NCBI GenBank assembly: GCA_017523755.1
Contig: JAFWWA010000028.1
Span: 608-64,607 of the forward strand
Direction: 5' to 3'
From: Christensenellaceae bacterium
Lineage (GTDB): Bacteria > Bacillota > Clostridia > Christensenellales > Christensenellaceae
DNA: 64,000 nt
This document shows positions 19,951 through 30,120 of the stretch, piece after piece. The translations under genes were made by a program, and so were the position numbers. Within the stretch, counting starts at the first letter, position 1, and each line of letters opens with the position of its first letter. The notes beneath the pieces are model-generated. The model was not told the DNA's origin. It did not search any database and was given only the letters and a program-made list of their open reading frames with translations.

Positions 19951-21921
19951 ATGAATAAGATCGATCAAATGAGTGTGAATGCTATCCGTACTCTGTCTGC
20001 GGATGCTATCCAGAAAGCAAACTCCGGCCATCCGGGGACACCTCTTGGTGCTGCTCCGGTCGCCTATACGCTTTTTGCTGAACATCTGTGCAATAATCCA
20101 AAGGATCCTTCATGGCAGAACAGGGACAGATTCATCCTTTCCGCAGGACATGCTTCAATGCTCCTGTATTCAACGATGCATCTGTTCGGATATGAACTGA
20201 CAGTGGAAGATCTGAAAGAGTTCAGACAATGGGGATCCAAGACACCCGGTCACCCCGAATACTGGCATGTTCCGGGAATAGAGACCACGACAGGCCCTCT
20301 TGGAATGGGAGTCGCCAACGGAGTCGGAATGGCTATGGCCGAGGCGCATCTGGCTGCCAAATTCAACAGACCCGGTTTCAACGTCGTAGATCACTACACC
20401 TTTGCTCTTACCGGTGACGGATGTCTTGAGGAAGGTATCTCAAGCGAGGCAAGCTCTCTTGCAGGCACCCTCAAGCTCGGCAAACTGACCGTTATCTATG
20501 ATAAGAACAACATCACCATTGAAGGCAATACCAATATAGCCTTTACCGAAGATGTGGCAAAGCGCTATGAAGCTTACGGATGGGGCGTTATCGAAGTTGA
20601 GAATAGCAACGAGGATTACGAAGCTATATCAAACGCTATCAAAGCCGCAAAAGAAGATACCACCAAGCCTTATCTCATCATCTGCCATTCCGATATAGCT
20701 TTCGGATGCGAGCCCTTAAGGGGAAGCGCAAAGAGCCACGGAGCTCCTCTTGGAGAAGACAATATCAGGATCATGAAGGAGTCTATGGGACTCGATCCCG
20801 ATCAGCATTTCTTCGTTCCCGCTGAAGTATATGAGAACTGCGCTGAAAAGACTGAAAAATATGCTAAGGCAGAGGAAGAGTGGAAGAAGATGTTCGCGGA
20901 ATATGAAAAGGCATATCCCGAACTGGCAGCGGAATACAAAAAGGCGTTTGAGCCCGTCCCGACAGATATCTTTGACGAAGATTTCTACAAGTTTGAGAAA
21001 GCCGTATCGACCCGTGTCGCTTCAGGTCTCGTACTCAACAAGATAGCCGACAAAGTTCCGAAGATCTTCGGCGGATCGGCAGACCTTGCTCCCTCCAACA
21101 TGACCAACATGGCAGGGAAGGGCGATTTCTCTGCAGACAACTATGCCGGACAGAACATACACTTCGGTATCAGGGAATTTGCGATGGCTGCTGCTGCAAA
21201 CGGCATGTATCTGCATGGCGGAGTACTCCCGTTCGTAGCTACGTTCCTCGTATTCTCCGATTATATGAAGCATGCCGTACGTCAGGCTGCAATGATGGAT
21301 ATCGGGACCATATTCGTTTTCACGCATGACTCGATAAGCGTAGGCGAAGACGGCAAGACCCACGAACCTATAGAACATCTGGCTTCACTCAGGAGCATCC
21401 CCAATGTCTACGTATGGAGACCGGCTGATGCCAAGGAAACTGCTGCAGCTTATGAGTTCGCTCTTTCAAGCAGAAAGCCCACCGCTCTTGCATGCTCAAG
21501 ACAGGGACTGCCTCTTTATGAAGAGACCGGAAAAGCTGCCCTTAAAGGCGCGTATATCGTACGTGACTGCGAAGGAACACCTGATGTTATCATCATCGCA
21601 ACAGGTTCAGAGCTCGAGATAGCTTATAAGGCATATGATGAGATGAAGGATGTCAAAGTCCGTGTCATAAGCATGCCTTGTCAGGAACTCTTCGATGAGC
21701 AGCCCAAGGAATACAGGGAAGCTCTACTGCCCAATGAATGCCGCGCAAGACTGGCTGTCGAAGCAGGATGCTCATTCGGATGGGCTAAATATGTCGGACT
21801 CGACGGAGATACGATCACTATCGATACCTTCGGTGCTTCCGCTCCCGCAAAGGTAGTATTCAGGGAATACGGATTCACGGTCGAGAATGTTGTCGAAAAG
21901 GCAAGAGCTCTCATAAAGTGA
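19951..21921 (+). CDS. tkt: Transketolase
   Basis: SGHPGTPLGAAP N-terminal motif and the TPP-binding GDGCLEEG motif. 656 aa. Confidence 0.95.
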   Translation: MNKIDQMSVNAIRTLSADAIQKANSGHPGTPLGAAPVAYTLFAEHLCNNPKDPSWQNRDRFILSAGHASMLLYSTMHLFGYELTVEDLKEFRQWGSKTPGHPEYWHVPGIETTTGPLGMGVANGVGMAMAEAHLAAKFNRPGFNVVDHYTFALTGDGCLEEGISSEASSLAGTLKLGKLTVIYDKNNITIEGNTNIAFTEDVAKRYEAYGWGVIEVENSNEDYEAISNAIKAAKEDTTKPYLIICHSDIAFGCEPLRGSAKSHGAPLGEDNIRIMKESMGLDPDQHFFVPAEVYENCAEKTEKYAKAEEEWKKMFAEYEKAYPELAAEYKKAFEPVPTDIFDEDFYKFEKAVSTRVASGLVLNKIADKVPKIFGGSADLAPSNMTNMAGKGDFSADNYAGQNIHFGIREFAMAAAANGMYLHGGVLPFVATFLVFSDYMKHAVRQAAMMDIGTIFVFTHDSISVGEDGKTHEPIEHLASLRSIPNVYVWRPADAKETAAAYEFALSSRKPTALACSRQGLPLYEETGKAALKGAYIVRDCEGTPDVIIIATGSELEIAYKAYDEMKDVKVRVISMPCQELFDEQPKEYREALLPNECRARLAVEAGCSFGWAKYVGLDGDTITIDTFGASAPAKVVFREYGFTVENVVEKARALIK

Positions 21922-21941
21922 TCCTTAAGCACTAGCAAGCA

Positions 21942-21977
21942 AACAGTCTCTGCAAAACGGAGACTGTTTTTGTTTTT
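21942..21977 (+). terminator. Intrinsic terminator after tkt
   Basis: AACAGTCTC tgcaaaacg GAGACTGTT followed by TTTTGTTTTT. Confidence 0.8.
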
Positions 21978-22089
21978 GGGCCGCTTATATTCGGATGCGT
22001 AAAATACAAAACTGAAAAAAGCTGTCTTATATGCTATAATTCATATGAATGACAGAAAAAATATACTATATGGACTGGATGATCTAATT

Positions 22090-22659
22090 ATGGGTTCAAG
22101 ATTGGTGCTGGCATCGGCTTCCCCCAGGAGAAGGGAACTGCTTTCCCTTATAACGGAGGATTTTGAAGTCGTGACTTCGTCAGCAGAAGAAGAAAATACA
22201 GGTTCTCCGGATAAGCTTGTCATGAAGAATTCGCTTTTAAAAGCAAGGGATGTATATGACGCGTTAAATGATCCGGGGGCTTTTGTGATAGGTTCCGATA
22301 CGGTCGTGGTGCTCGAAGGAAAGATCCTCGGCAAGCCTCATGATGAAGAAGAAGCGGTAAGGATGCTCAGGATGCTTTCCGGGAAAAGGCATTTCGTATA
22401 TACCGGGGTCTCTGTCGTAAACGCGGAGATACAGGAATCGTATTATGAGGAAACGGACGTCTATTTCGATGTACTGAGCGACAGCGAGATCGAGGCCTAT
22501 GTGAAGACAGGAGACCCGCTCGACAAGGCGGGAGCATACGGGATACAGACATTATCAGGAAAATTTGTTAAGAAGATAGACGGTGACTGGGGCTGCGTCG
22601 TTGGGCTCCCGCTGAATCTTACATACAGGATACTAAAAAAGCACGGGATCATCAGCTGA
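22090..22659 (+). CDS. maf: Maf-like nucleoside-triphosphate pyrophosphatase (septum formation protein)
   Basis: LVLASASPRRRELL N-terminal motif and a GAYGIQ motif. I prefer the start at 22090 (MGSRLVLASASPRR) by comparison with typical Maf N-termini. The ORF-track start at 22045 lies only 5 nt after a TATAAT box. Confidence 0.85.
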   Translation: MGSRLVLASASPRRRELLSLITEDFEVVTSSAEEENTGSPDKLVMKNSLLKARDVYDALNDPGAFVIGSDTVVVLEGKILGKPHDEEEAVRMLRMLSGKRHFVYTGVSVVNAEIQESYYEETDVYFDVLSDSEIEAYVKTGDPLDKAGAYGIQTLSGKFVKKIDGDWGCVVGLPLNLTYRILKKHGIIS

Positions 22660-22665
22660 CATCAT

Positions 22666-23925
22666 ATGAGGGAACAAATGGAAAACTGGAACAGGGATAT
22701 AACGGAAGCCGCCGTTGCGGCAAGAACGGCATCAAGAGAACTGGCAGTACTTTCTTCAAAAAAGAAAAATGATATACTGTTGTCGATAGCCAAGGGATTA
22801 AGAGAAAAAAAGCAGGATATATTAAGCGCAAATCGGACTGATATCAGTGAAGCTGAGAAAAAAGGATTAAAGACCTCTTTTATCGACAGGCTGAGACTTG
22901 ACGAAGCAAGGCTTGAAGGTATCGCCGGCGCTATAGAGCAGGTGACGGCGCTGCCTGATCCTATTGGGGAAGTGATAGGGGGGACTACCAGACCCAACGG
23001 GCTAGTTATAGTCAAGAAAAGGGTGCCTTTGGGAGTTATAGGGATCATATATGAGGCAAGGCCGAACGTCACTGCCGATGCCATAGCCCTCTGCCTTAAG
23101 GCGGGAAATGCCGTTATTCTAAAAGGCGGCAGCGATGCTATCATGTCAAATACGGCCATAGCCGAAGTCGCGGCAGAATACGGGGAAAAGGCAGGGCTGC
23201 CTCACGGGGCTATATATCTTGTGCGTGATACTTCACGGGAAGCTGCGGGTCAGCTTATGGAGATGACCGGATATATAGACGTGCTGATCCCCAGAGGCGG
23301 GAAGGGACTGATCGATTCTGTCGTAAGGAATGCAAGGGTACCTGTCATTGAGACGGGGGCCGGGAACTGTCATGTGTATGTGGATAAAAGCGCCGATGTC
23401 GATATGGCAGTGGAGATCATTTACAACGCAAAGACCAGCAGGCCTTCTGTCTGCAATGCCGCAGAGACTCTGCTCGTGAACAGGGATATAGCCGATGCTT
23501 TCATGCCCAGAATGATAAAAAGGCTTAACACAGTGGAATTAAGGGGATGTGAAGAATCGTTAAGGTACGGGATACGGATAAGGGCGACAGAGGATGACTA
23601 CTATGAGGAGTATAACGATCTGATACTTGCAGTTAAGATCGTAGATGATGTCAAGGAAGCTGTGGAGCATATCAACAGGTACGGGACACACCATTCGGAT
23701 GCGATAGTGACCAGGGACTATGAAAATGCGAGATATTTCAAGAGCATGGTCGACTCGGCATGTGTATACGTAAACGCTTCCACGAGATTTACTGACGGAG
23801 GAGAATTCGGATTCGGTGCGGAGATAGGTATTTCAAGTCAGAAACTGCATGCGAGAGGACCAATGGGGCTGACAGAAATAACTACCGTGAAATATGAGAT
23901 AGACGGATCGGGCCAGGTTAGATAA
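22666..23925 (+). CDS. proA: Glutamate-5-semialdehyde dehydrogenase (gamma-glutamyl phosphate reductase)
   Basis: 419 aa aldehyde-dehydrogenase fold with ProA-typical segments (IYEARPNVT, KGGSDA, CNAAETLLV, HHSDAI, VYVNASTRFTDG). Confidence 0.9.
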   Translation: MREQMENWNRDITEAAVAARTASRELAVLSSKKKNDILLSIAKGLREKKQDILSANRTDISEAEKKGLKTSFIDRLRLDEARLEGIAGAIEQVTALPDPIGEVIGGTTRPNGLVIVKKRVPLGVIGIIYEARPNVTADAIALCLKAGNAVILKGGSDAIMSNTAIAEVAAEYGEKAGLPHGAIYLVRDTSREAAGQLMEMTGYIDVLIPRGGKGLIDSVVRNARVPVIETGAGNCHVYVDKSADVDMAVEIIYNAKTSRPSVCNAAETLLVNRDIADAFMPRMIKRLNTVELRGCEESLRYGIRIRATEDDYYEEYNDLILAVKIVDDVKEAVEHINRYGTHHSDAIVTRDYENARYFKSMVDSACVYVNASTRFTDGGEFGFGAEIGISSQKLHARGPMGLTEITTVKYEIDGSGQVR

Positions 23926-23950
23926 GGCCCTGAAAAAGGGGAGGTCAATC

Positions 23951-26446
23951 ATGAAAAAAGTATCCTTGAACGGAGAATGGAGAGCGTTCGGTCTTTCACC
24001 GGAAAATGAAAGGTACGATTTTTCGGGAACAGTGCCGGGATGCGTCCATACGGATCTTATAAGATCTGGAAAGATCACGGATCCGTTCTACAGGGACAAT
24101 GCCGACGGCTGCCAGTGGATAGAAAACTGGTCATGGACTTATGAGCGGGAATTCCAGACTGAAGAATTCAGCGATGACACCTATGTCGAATTTGAGGGCC
24201 TTGATGTATACTGCGATGTTTACCTGAACGATATCCTTATAGGCGCAGGCGCGGATATGCATATCCCATACAGGTTTCCGGTAAAAGGAGCGATAAGAAA
24301 AGGTGTAAATACGATCAAGGTCATATTCTATTCTCCTGTTGCGCTGACACTTGGGAAACCGAAGCTCGAAGGCGCATTCACGACCGAAAGGCTGTACACG
24401 AGAAGGATGCAGTGTACATACTACTGGGACTGGGTGAACAGATTCATCACGTTCGGGATATACAGGGATGCCAGCCTTGTCACACCCGATAAGACGGAGA
24501 TATCCGATGTCTATATCTATACGAGACAGATCGACAGCTTCGGAGCGCAGATAGAGCTGGACGTGAATTTCGACTGTGTCGGGAGCGATACATGGCTTAA
24601 CACCAGGATAACCGGACCCGACGGAAAAACGGTGCTTTCAAAAAAGAGAAGGATCGTCGAGAGCCATATCTATGAGAATTATGATATTACGGAACCGAAG
24701 CTCTGGTATCCCAACGGATACGGGGATCCGGATCTTTATACAGCATCCCTGTATGTCACTGACGGAGAGGATATCATCTCTGAAAAGACCGTAAGATTCG
24801 GTATCAGGACCGTCAGGATACTGCAGAAGACAGACGAGCCGGGATCGGAATACTACGAGATGTGCCTGAAACTGAAAAAAGGCGGACACGTATCCGGTGA
24901 CAATGCCGTCTGGGACAGAAATGAAGACTTTTCGGGATTCATAGTCATAGTCAACGATATCCCTGTCATGTGCAAAGGAGCAAACTGGGTGCCCTGTGAG
25001 CCTTTTCCTTCAGCTGAAAAACCGGAAAAGATCACAAGGATACTCACTCTGGCAAAGGCTGCCGGGATGAACATGGTAAGGATATGGGGCGGCGGCATAT
25101 TTGAACAGGATCACTTTTATGAAGAGTGCAGCAGACTCGGACTTATGGTGACTCAGGACTTCCTCATGGCCTGCGGCACATACCCCGACAGAGAGCCATG
25201 GTTCCTCGATCTTCAGGAGAAGGAAGCTGAGGCGGGTGCTCTCAGATTAAGGAACCATGCCTGCCTTGTATGGTGGACAGGGGACAATGAGAACGCAGTC
25301 TATGCAGACGAGAACGTTGAATGGTATCCCGGCAGGAAGACGATAAGAGAAAGGATAGAGCCTGTACTTAAGAGACTTGATCCGATGAGATATTTCCTTC
25401 CTTCAAGCCCGTATAACGGGGTACCATACGCTTCGATAACAAAGGGAACGACACATAACACGCAGTTCATAGGGGAGACCTTCAGCTATATAAGGTACAA
25501 CGAGCTTTCGGATTACAGGGAATTCTTCAAACAGTATCTTTCAAGGTTCACTGCTGAAGAGCCTGCTATGGGAGCGCCGATGGTATCATCCTTAAGAAAG
25601 TTCATGACGGATGAGGATATATTCGGTGAGGACCGTTCGATGTGGCGCTATCATACGAAGAACAATCCTGCCGATACGTTCAAAACATTCGAGATATTCG
25701 ATTATCTTATTGCAATCTCGGAAAAACTGCTGGGAACGTTTACTAATTCCTACGACAGAGTATTCAAGATGCAGTATGTACAGTACGAGTGGATAAGGAT
25801 CACCATGGAACTGTACAGAAGAAACAAATGGTTCAGTTCAGGCATGATATACTGGATGCTTTCCGACTGCTGGCCGGCATCAGGCTGGGCTATAATAGAC
25901 TATTACTGCATACCAAAGGCGGCGTATTACGGATTCAAGCGCACAGCCAAGCCCGTTATCGCTTCTGTTGATAAGGAAAACGGGCTGTACAGCGTCTATA
26001 TCTGCAATGATTCGCTTGAAAGCAGGAGCGGCACCGGAACACTTAAGCTGATAAGGTTCGGCAGGGACATGAAAGAGTGGACTTTCGACTACAGCATAGA
26101 AGCCAATTCTTCGAAGAGCGTGTTCAGCCTGCCTGAGAAAGAGATGGAAGGGATAGAGAACGGTGTCCTTATATGCGATATCGATATAGGTGACAGGGCT
26201 TTCATGTATGAGAAGAAGCCTGCGCTTGCCGGAATCCCGAAGACTGAAGTGCGGATAGTATCAAAGGATGAAAACAGTATCACCCTGAAGGCGGACGGGT
26301 TCGTCCAGGCCGTCAGCCTTGACGGAAGCTATATATTTGAAGATGATTTCTTCATAATGCTTCCCGGTGAGGAGAGAACGATACATTTTGAACCTGTCGA
26401 AGGAGGAGAGATAGCTCTGGACTGGTTCGGAAGATATCAGGACTGA
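23951..26446 (+). CDS. Glycoside hydrolase family 2, beta-mannosidase-like
   Basis: N-terminus LNGEWRAF...GTVPGCVHTDLIRSGKITDPFYRDN is characteristic of GH2 beta-mannosidases. Also a WTGDNEN acid/base region. 831 aa. Confidence 0.8.
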   Translation: MKKVSLNGEWRAFGLSPENERYDFSGTVPGCVHTDLIRSGKITDPFYRDNADGCQWIENWSWTYEREFQTEEFSDDTYVEFEGLDVYCDVYLNDILIGAGADMHIPYRFPVKGAIRKGVNTIKVIFYSPVALTLGKPKLEGAFTTERLYTRRMQCTYYWDWVNRFITFGIYRDASLVTPDKTEISDVYIYTRQIDSFGAQIELDVNFDCVGSDTWLNTRITGPDGKTVLSKKRRIVESHIYENYDITEPKLWYPNGYGDPDLYTASLYVTDGEDIISEKTVRFGIRTVRILQKTDEPGSEYYEMCLKLKKGGHVSGDNAVWDRNEDFSGFIVIVNDIPVMCKGANWVPCEPFPSAEKPEKITRILTLAKAAGMNMVRIWGGGIFEQDHFYEECSRLGLMVTQDFLMACGTYPDREPWFLDLQEKEAEAGALRLRNHACLVWWTGDNENAVYADENVEWYPGRKTIRERIEPVLKRLDPMRYFLPSSPYNGVPYASITKGTTHNTQFIGETFSYIRYNELSDYREFFKQYLSRFTAEEPAMGAPMVSSLRKFMTDEDIFGEDRSMWRYHTKNNPADTFKTFEIFDYLIAISEKLLGTFTNSYDRVFKMQYVQYEWIRITMELYRRNKWFSSGMIYWMLSDCWPASGWAIIDYYCIPKAAYYGFKRTAKPVIASVDKENGLYSVYICNDSLESRSGTGTLKLIRFGRDMKEWTFDYSIEANSSKSVFSLPEKEMEGIENGVLICDIDIGDRAFMYEKKPALAGIPKTEVRIVSKDENSITLKADGFVQAVSLDGSYIFEDDFFIMLPGEERTIHFEPVEGGEIALDWFGRYQD

Positions 26447-26482
26447 ACAAAATCATCATGATCTTATGTTCAAAGAGATCAG

Positions 26483-26505
26483 ACCGGCCTGAGGCCGGTT
26501 TTTTC
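26483..26505 (+). terminator. Intrinsic terminator after the GH2 beta-mannosidase-like gene
   Basis: ACCGGCC tga GGCCGGT followed by TTTTTT. Confidence 0.8.
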
Positions 26506-26559
26506 TTTATCCCCAGTGTGATATAATCATACTGATAATTTTTTGAGCAGAGGGCCAAC

Positions 26560-29500
26560 TTGCTACTAAAACGTATTGAGATCGACGGCTTCAAATCATT
26601 TGCTGACAAGACCGTCATTGAGGTCAACAAGGGAATAACAGGTATCGTCGGACCCAACGGAAGCGGGAAAAGCAATATTGCCGATGCCGTGAGATGGGTC
26701 CTTGGCGAACAGAACAGCAGGAATCTTCGCGGAAAACGTATGGAAGACGTCATTTTTGACGGTACAGAGACGAGGCGGAGAAGAAGTTCGTGTTCTGTTC
26801 GTCTTTTGTTTGATAATGAAGACGGGAGATTCGGGACCGAGTATTCCGAGGTGGTTATCGGAAGAAGGATATTCCGCGGAGGAGAAAGCGAGTACACCAT
26901 AAACGGTCAGCAGGTCAGACTCAGGGATATCGTCGAGATGATGAAGGATACCGGGATCGGCAAGGAAGGCTATTCGATAATCGGGCAGGGCCGTATCGAT
27001 GAGATACTGAGCAGCAGACCCCAGGCAAGGAGAAAGGTGTTTGAGGAGGCTGCCGGGATAGCCAAGTTCAGGATGAGGAAGGAAGAGACTGAATCAAGGC
27101 TCGACAAGGCTGAGGCAAATCTCGTCAGGATAAACGACCTTCTGACTGAACTTGAACAGCAGCTTGGACCGCTTTCGATCCAGGCGGAGAAAACGAAACG
27201 GTATTCGAAACTCGTTGACAGGATAAAGGTACTGGACGTCAATCTTTTCATAACGAATTATGACAGATTCACGCAGAGCATAGAAAGATACAGGAACGAA
27301 GCGGAGGAGCTGAAGACAGAGCTTGAACTGCTGAACTCAAAATACGGAGGAGCAAACGAAGAAGCCGACCGGCTTGCCGAAAGCCAGCAGTCTTATGAGG
27401 AAAAGATAAGAAGGATCAATGACGAGATAATAACAGCAAGAGCCGAGAACGAGAGGATCATAGGCGAGCAGAAACTGTTCAGGGAAAGAAAAGAAGCACA
27501 GGAACAGGAAAAACTCAGGCTGAAAAATGATATCGGACAGTCTGCCGGCCGGGTCGATGAGCTTGCGGATATGCTTAAGAGATCGGAATCCGAGGCAGTA
27601 AGGCTTGAAGAAGATCAGAAAAAAACAGAGGATCTTATTACTTCCGCCGAACAGAAAAAATATGAGGCAGAGCTGGAGCAGGGGCTCAGATATTCCGAGA
27701 TGAATTCCGCAAAGGAAAAACAGCTTGAGATCATGAAAAAGATATCGGAGCTCCGTCAGGAGCTCAGCAGGATGGAGTCTGATGAACAGAACTATCAGCT
27801 GAGAAGAGAAGACATCGAGGAACGTATCGGAAAAGCAAAAGAAGACGCTGCCACTGTTGCGGGTGATCTTGAAAAGGCGAACGGAGATCTGGAAGCTGTA
27901 AGGTCAAAGGGACGCAGCGTCGTATCGTCCTTGAATGAACTGAACGCAAAAAGACTTAAGATAGAAAAAGACAGGAACGAGATCGAGAGTGAGATCAGGA
28001 GGAATGAAGCTCTCGTCGCGCAGACCGTCTCCAGAAGAAAAACGCTTAAAGAGATGGATGAGGATTATCAGGGCTATTCCGACAGCGTGAGGAACCTGAT
28101 GAAAATGTCGCGCGGCAGGACTGATTTTACTCTGTACGGAACTCTTGCCGAACTGATACGTGTCCCGCAGCAGTATGAAACTGCTGTAGAAGCTGCGCTT
28201 GGAAGCGCGGAGCAGAATGTCGTAACGCCGGGAGAACAGGATGCAAAAGCTGCCATCGGGTTTTTAAGGCAGAACAGGCTGGGGCGTGTTACATTCCTGC
28301 CTGTAGATGCGCTGAAGCTGTCAGGCCTTAAGGAATCTGAAAGAAGGGCCGCGGCAGGAGCAGTGGTAGCGAGCGACGTGATAGGCTGTGACGACAGTAT
28401 AAGACCGGCAGTCGAGTTCCTGCTGGCAAGGACCGTTATCGTTAAGGACCTCGATGAAGCCATTGCCCTGATGAGGAAAACATCATATGCTTTCAGGACA
28501 GTCACTCTTGAAGGGGATATCATACGTCCGGGCGGTGTCATGACCGGAGGAAACATGAGAGAAAGGAATTTCGGCCTTCTCTCCCGCAGCAGGATTCTGG
28601 AGCAGTTATCCGGATCGATCAGACAGCAGACTGAAAAAGGGAAGGAACTCAGAGAACAGATGGCATCTCTCGTGAGCGCTTCGGAGGCCAATGATCTGGA
28701 GATTAGGAAACTGACTGATGATCTTCAGAGCACACAGATAGAGGCGGCTCAGATCGAAGAGAGGATAAGCGTTCTTGATTCGAACAGGAAGCTGTATGAG
28801 GATAATGCTGCCCAGCTTGAACGTAATCTGAAGCGGCTCGATTTCGGAAATGATGAGACTCAGGAAAGAAGGGAAACGATCTCTCTTGAGATAGAAGACA
28901 GTGAAGCAGCTTTAAACGATACGGGAAAAGATCTTGAAGAAGCCGAGAAACAGAATCTTGAGGCTGCTGACAGGATGAATGAAGTGCTGCAGGAGATCAT
29001 GAGCCTTAATGTAAAGAAAGCTGAGATCTCAGGCAGCATGGAAAATGAAAGAGTCAATGCCGACAGGATAAGAGCTGAGATAGCGGAAGAGAAAGAAAAG
29101 CATCCCGTTCTGGAAGGGCTGTTCCTTGAAGCGGAAAGAAGAGCGGATGAACTTGTTAAACAGATCGAGAGCTCACAGGAAGAAGCAGCCGTATCAGAGC
29201 TGAAGCTGAAACAGCTCATAGATGAAAATCTTAAAAATGAAGAAGAACTGAAGGAAATAAGAGCAAAACTTGAAAGCTTCAGGAAGGATGATATTTCCTA
29301 CAGAGAATCAAGGACCTCACTGACCGAGAGGATGCTGAGAGCCGAATCGATGATGGAAAGGGCTGAAAACGCCAGAAGAGCTTCCGCGGACAAACTGTGG
29401 GAAGATTATGAGCTGACGTACAGCTCCGCAGCTGAGATGACTGAAGACATAGGGCCGTATACACAGGCGACACAGGAGCTTGGAAAACTGAGAGCCGAGC

Positions 29501-30096
29501 TGCGCGAGATGGGCAGCATCAATCCCAATGCAGTCGAAGATTATGAGGATCTTAAGGTAAGAGTCGAAGATCTTAAAGAGCAGAAGGGTGATCTTGAGAG
29601 TGCCGAGGGTGATATGAGGGAGATCATCGACAACCTCGTAAAACAGATGCGCGAACAGTTCAAGGCTAAATTCGACGAGATCAACAGAGCTTTCGGTACA
29701 GTATATAAAGACCTGTTCGGAGGAGGCAGAGCCAATCTGTCCCTTGAAGACGGGGATATCATGGAATGCGGAATAGAGATACAGGCAGAGCCAAGCGGAA
29801 AGAAGCTGCAGCATATAGAACTGCTCTCCGGCGGAGAAAGGGCGCTGACGGCTATAGCTATCATATTTGCGATGCTGAAAGTAAATCCATCACCTGTCTG
29901 TCTGCTTGATGAGATAGACGCCCCTCTTGACGAGATCAACGTCGCAAGGCTCTCGGATTATTTCAGAAGGCTGTCCGATTCACAGTTCATCGTTATCACA
30001 CACAGAAAGACAACGATGATGGGATGCAATGTTCTGTATGGTACGGCTATGGAAGAAAAAGGTGTGACCGGCATGGTATCGGTCGAAGTCGGATAA
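26560..30096 (+). CDS. smc: Chromosome segregation protein SMC
   Basis: TTG start. Walker A GPNGSGKSN, long coiled-coil arms, a hinge region, signature LSGGE, and Walker B LLDEIDAPLD. 1178 aa. Confidence 0.95.
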   Translation: MLLKRIEIDGFKSFADKTVIEVNKGITGIVGPNGSGKSNIADAVRWVLGEQNSRNLRGKRMEDVIFDGTETRRRRSSCSVRLLFDNEDGRFGTEYSEVVIGRRIFRGGESEYTINGQQVRLRDIVEMMKDTGIGKEGYSIIGQGRIDEILSSRPQARRKVFEEAAGIAKFRMRKEETESRLDKAEANLVRINDLLTELEQQLGPLSIQAEKTKRYSKLVDRIKVLDVNLFITNYDRFTQSIERYRNEAEELKTELELLNSKYGGANEEADRLAESQQSYEEKIRRINDEIITARAENERIIGEQKLFRERKEAQEQEKLRLKNDIGQSAGRVDELADMLKRSESEAVRLEEDQKKTEDLITSAEQKKYEAELEQGLRYSEMNSAKEKQLEIMKKISELRQELSRMESDEQNYQLRREDIEERIGKAKEDAATVAGDLEKANGDLEAVRSKGRSVVSSLNELNAKRLKIEKDRNEIESEIRRNEALVAQTVSRRKTLKEMDEDYQGYSDSVRNLMKMSRGRTDFTLYGTLAELIRVPQQYETAVEAALGSAEQNVVTPGEQDAKAAIGFLRQNRLGRVTFLPVDALKLSGLKESERRAAAGAVVASDVIGCDDSIRPAVEFLLARTVIVKDLDEAIALMRKTSYAFRTVTLEGDIIRPGGVMTGGNMRERNFGLLSRSRILEQLSGSIRQQTEKGKELREQMASLVSASEANDLEIRKLTDDLQSTQIEAAQIEERISVLDSNRKLYEDNAAQLERNLKRLDFGNDETQERRETISLEIEDSEAALNDTGKDLEEAEKQNLEAADRMNEVLQEIMSLNVKKAEISGSMENERVNADRIRAEIAEEKEKHPVLEGLFLEAERRADELVKQIESSQEEAAVSELKLKQLIDENLKNEEELKEIRAKLESFRKDDISYRESRTSLTERMLRAESMMERAENARRASADKLWEDYELTYSSAAEMTEDIGPYTQATQELGKLRAELREMGSINPNAVEDYEDLKVRVEDLKEQKGDLESAEGDMREIIDNLVKQMREQFKAKFDEINRAFGTVYKDLFGGGRANLSLEDGDIMECGIEIQAEPSGKKLQHIELLSGGERALTAIAIIFAMLKVNPSPVCLLDEIDAPLDEINVARLSDYFRRLSDSQFIVITHRKTTMMGCNVLYGTAMEEKGVTGMVSVEVG

Positions 30097-30120
30097 TGCT
30101 CCGGCTGACGGGGGTATTGA

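Noticed and set aside
23385-23393. Perfect DnaA-box-like 9-mer TGTGGATAA
   Set aside because: It is a single occurrence inside the proA coding sequence with no clustering or AT-rich unwinding element. It is a chance match, not an origin.
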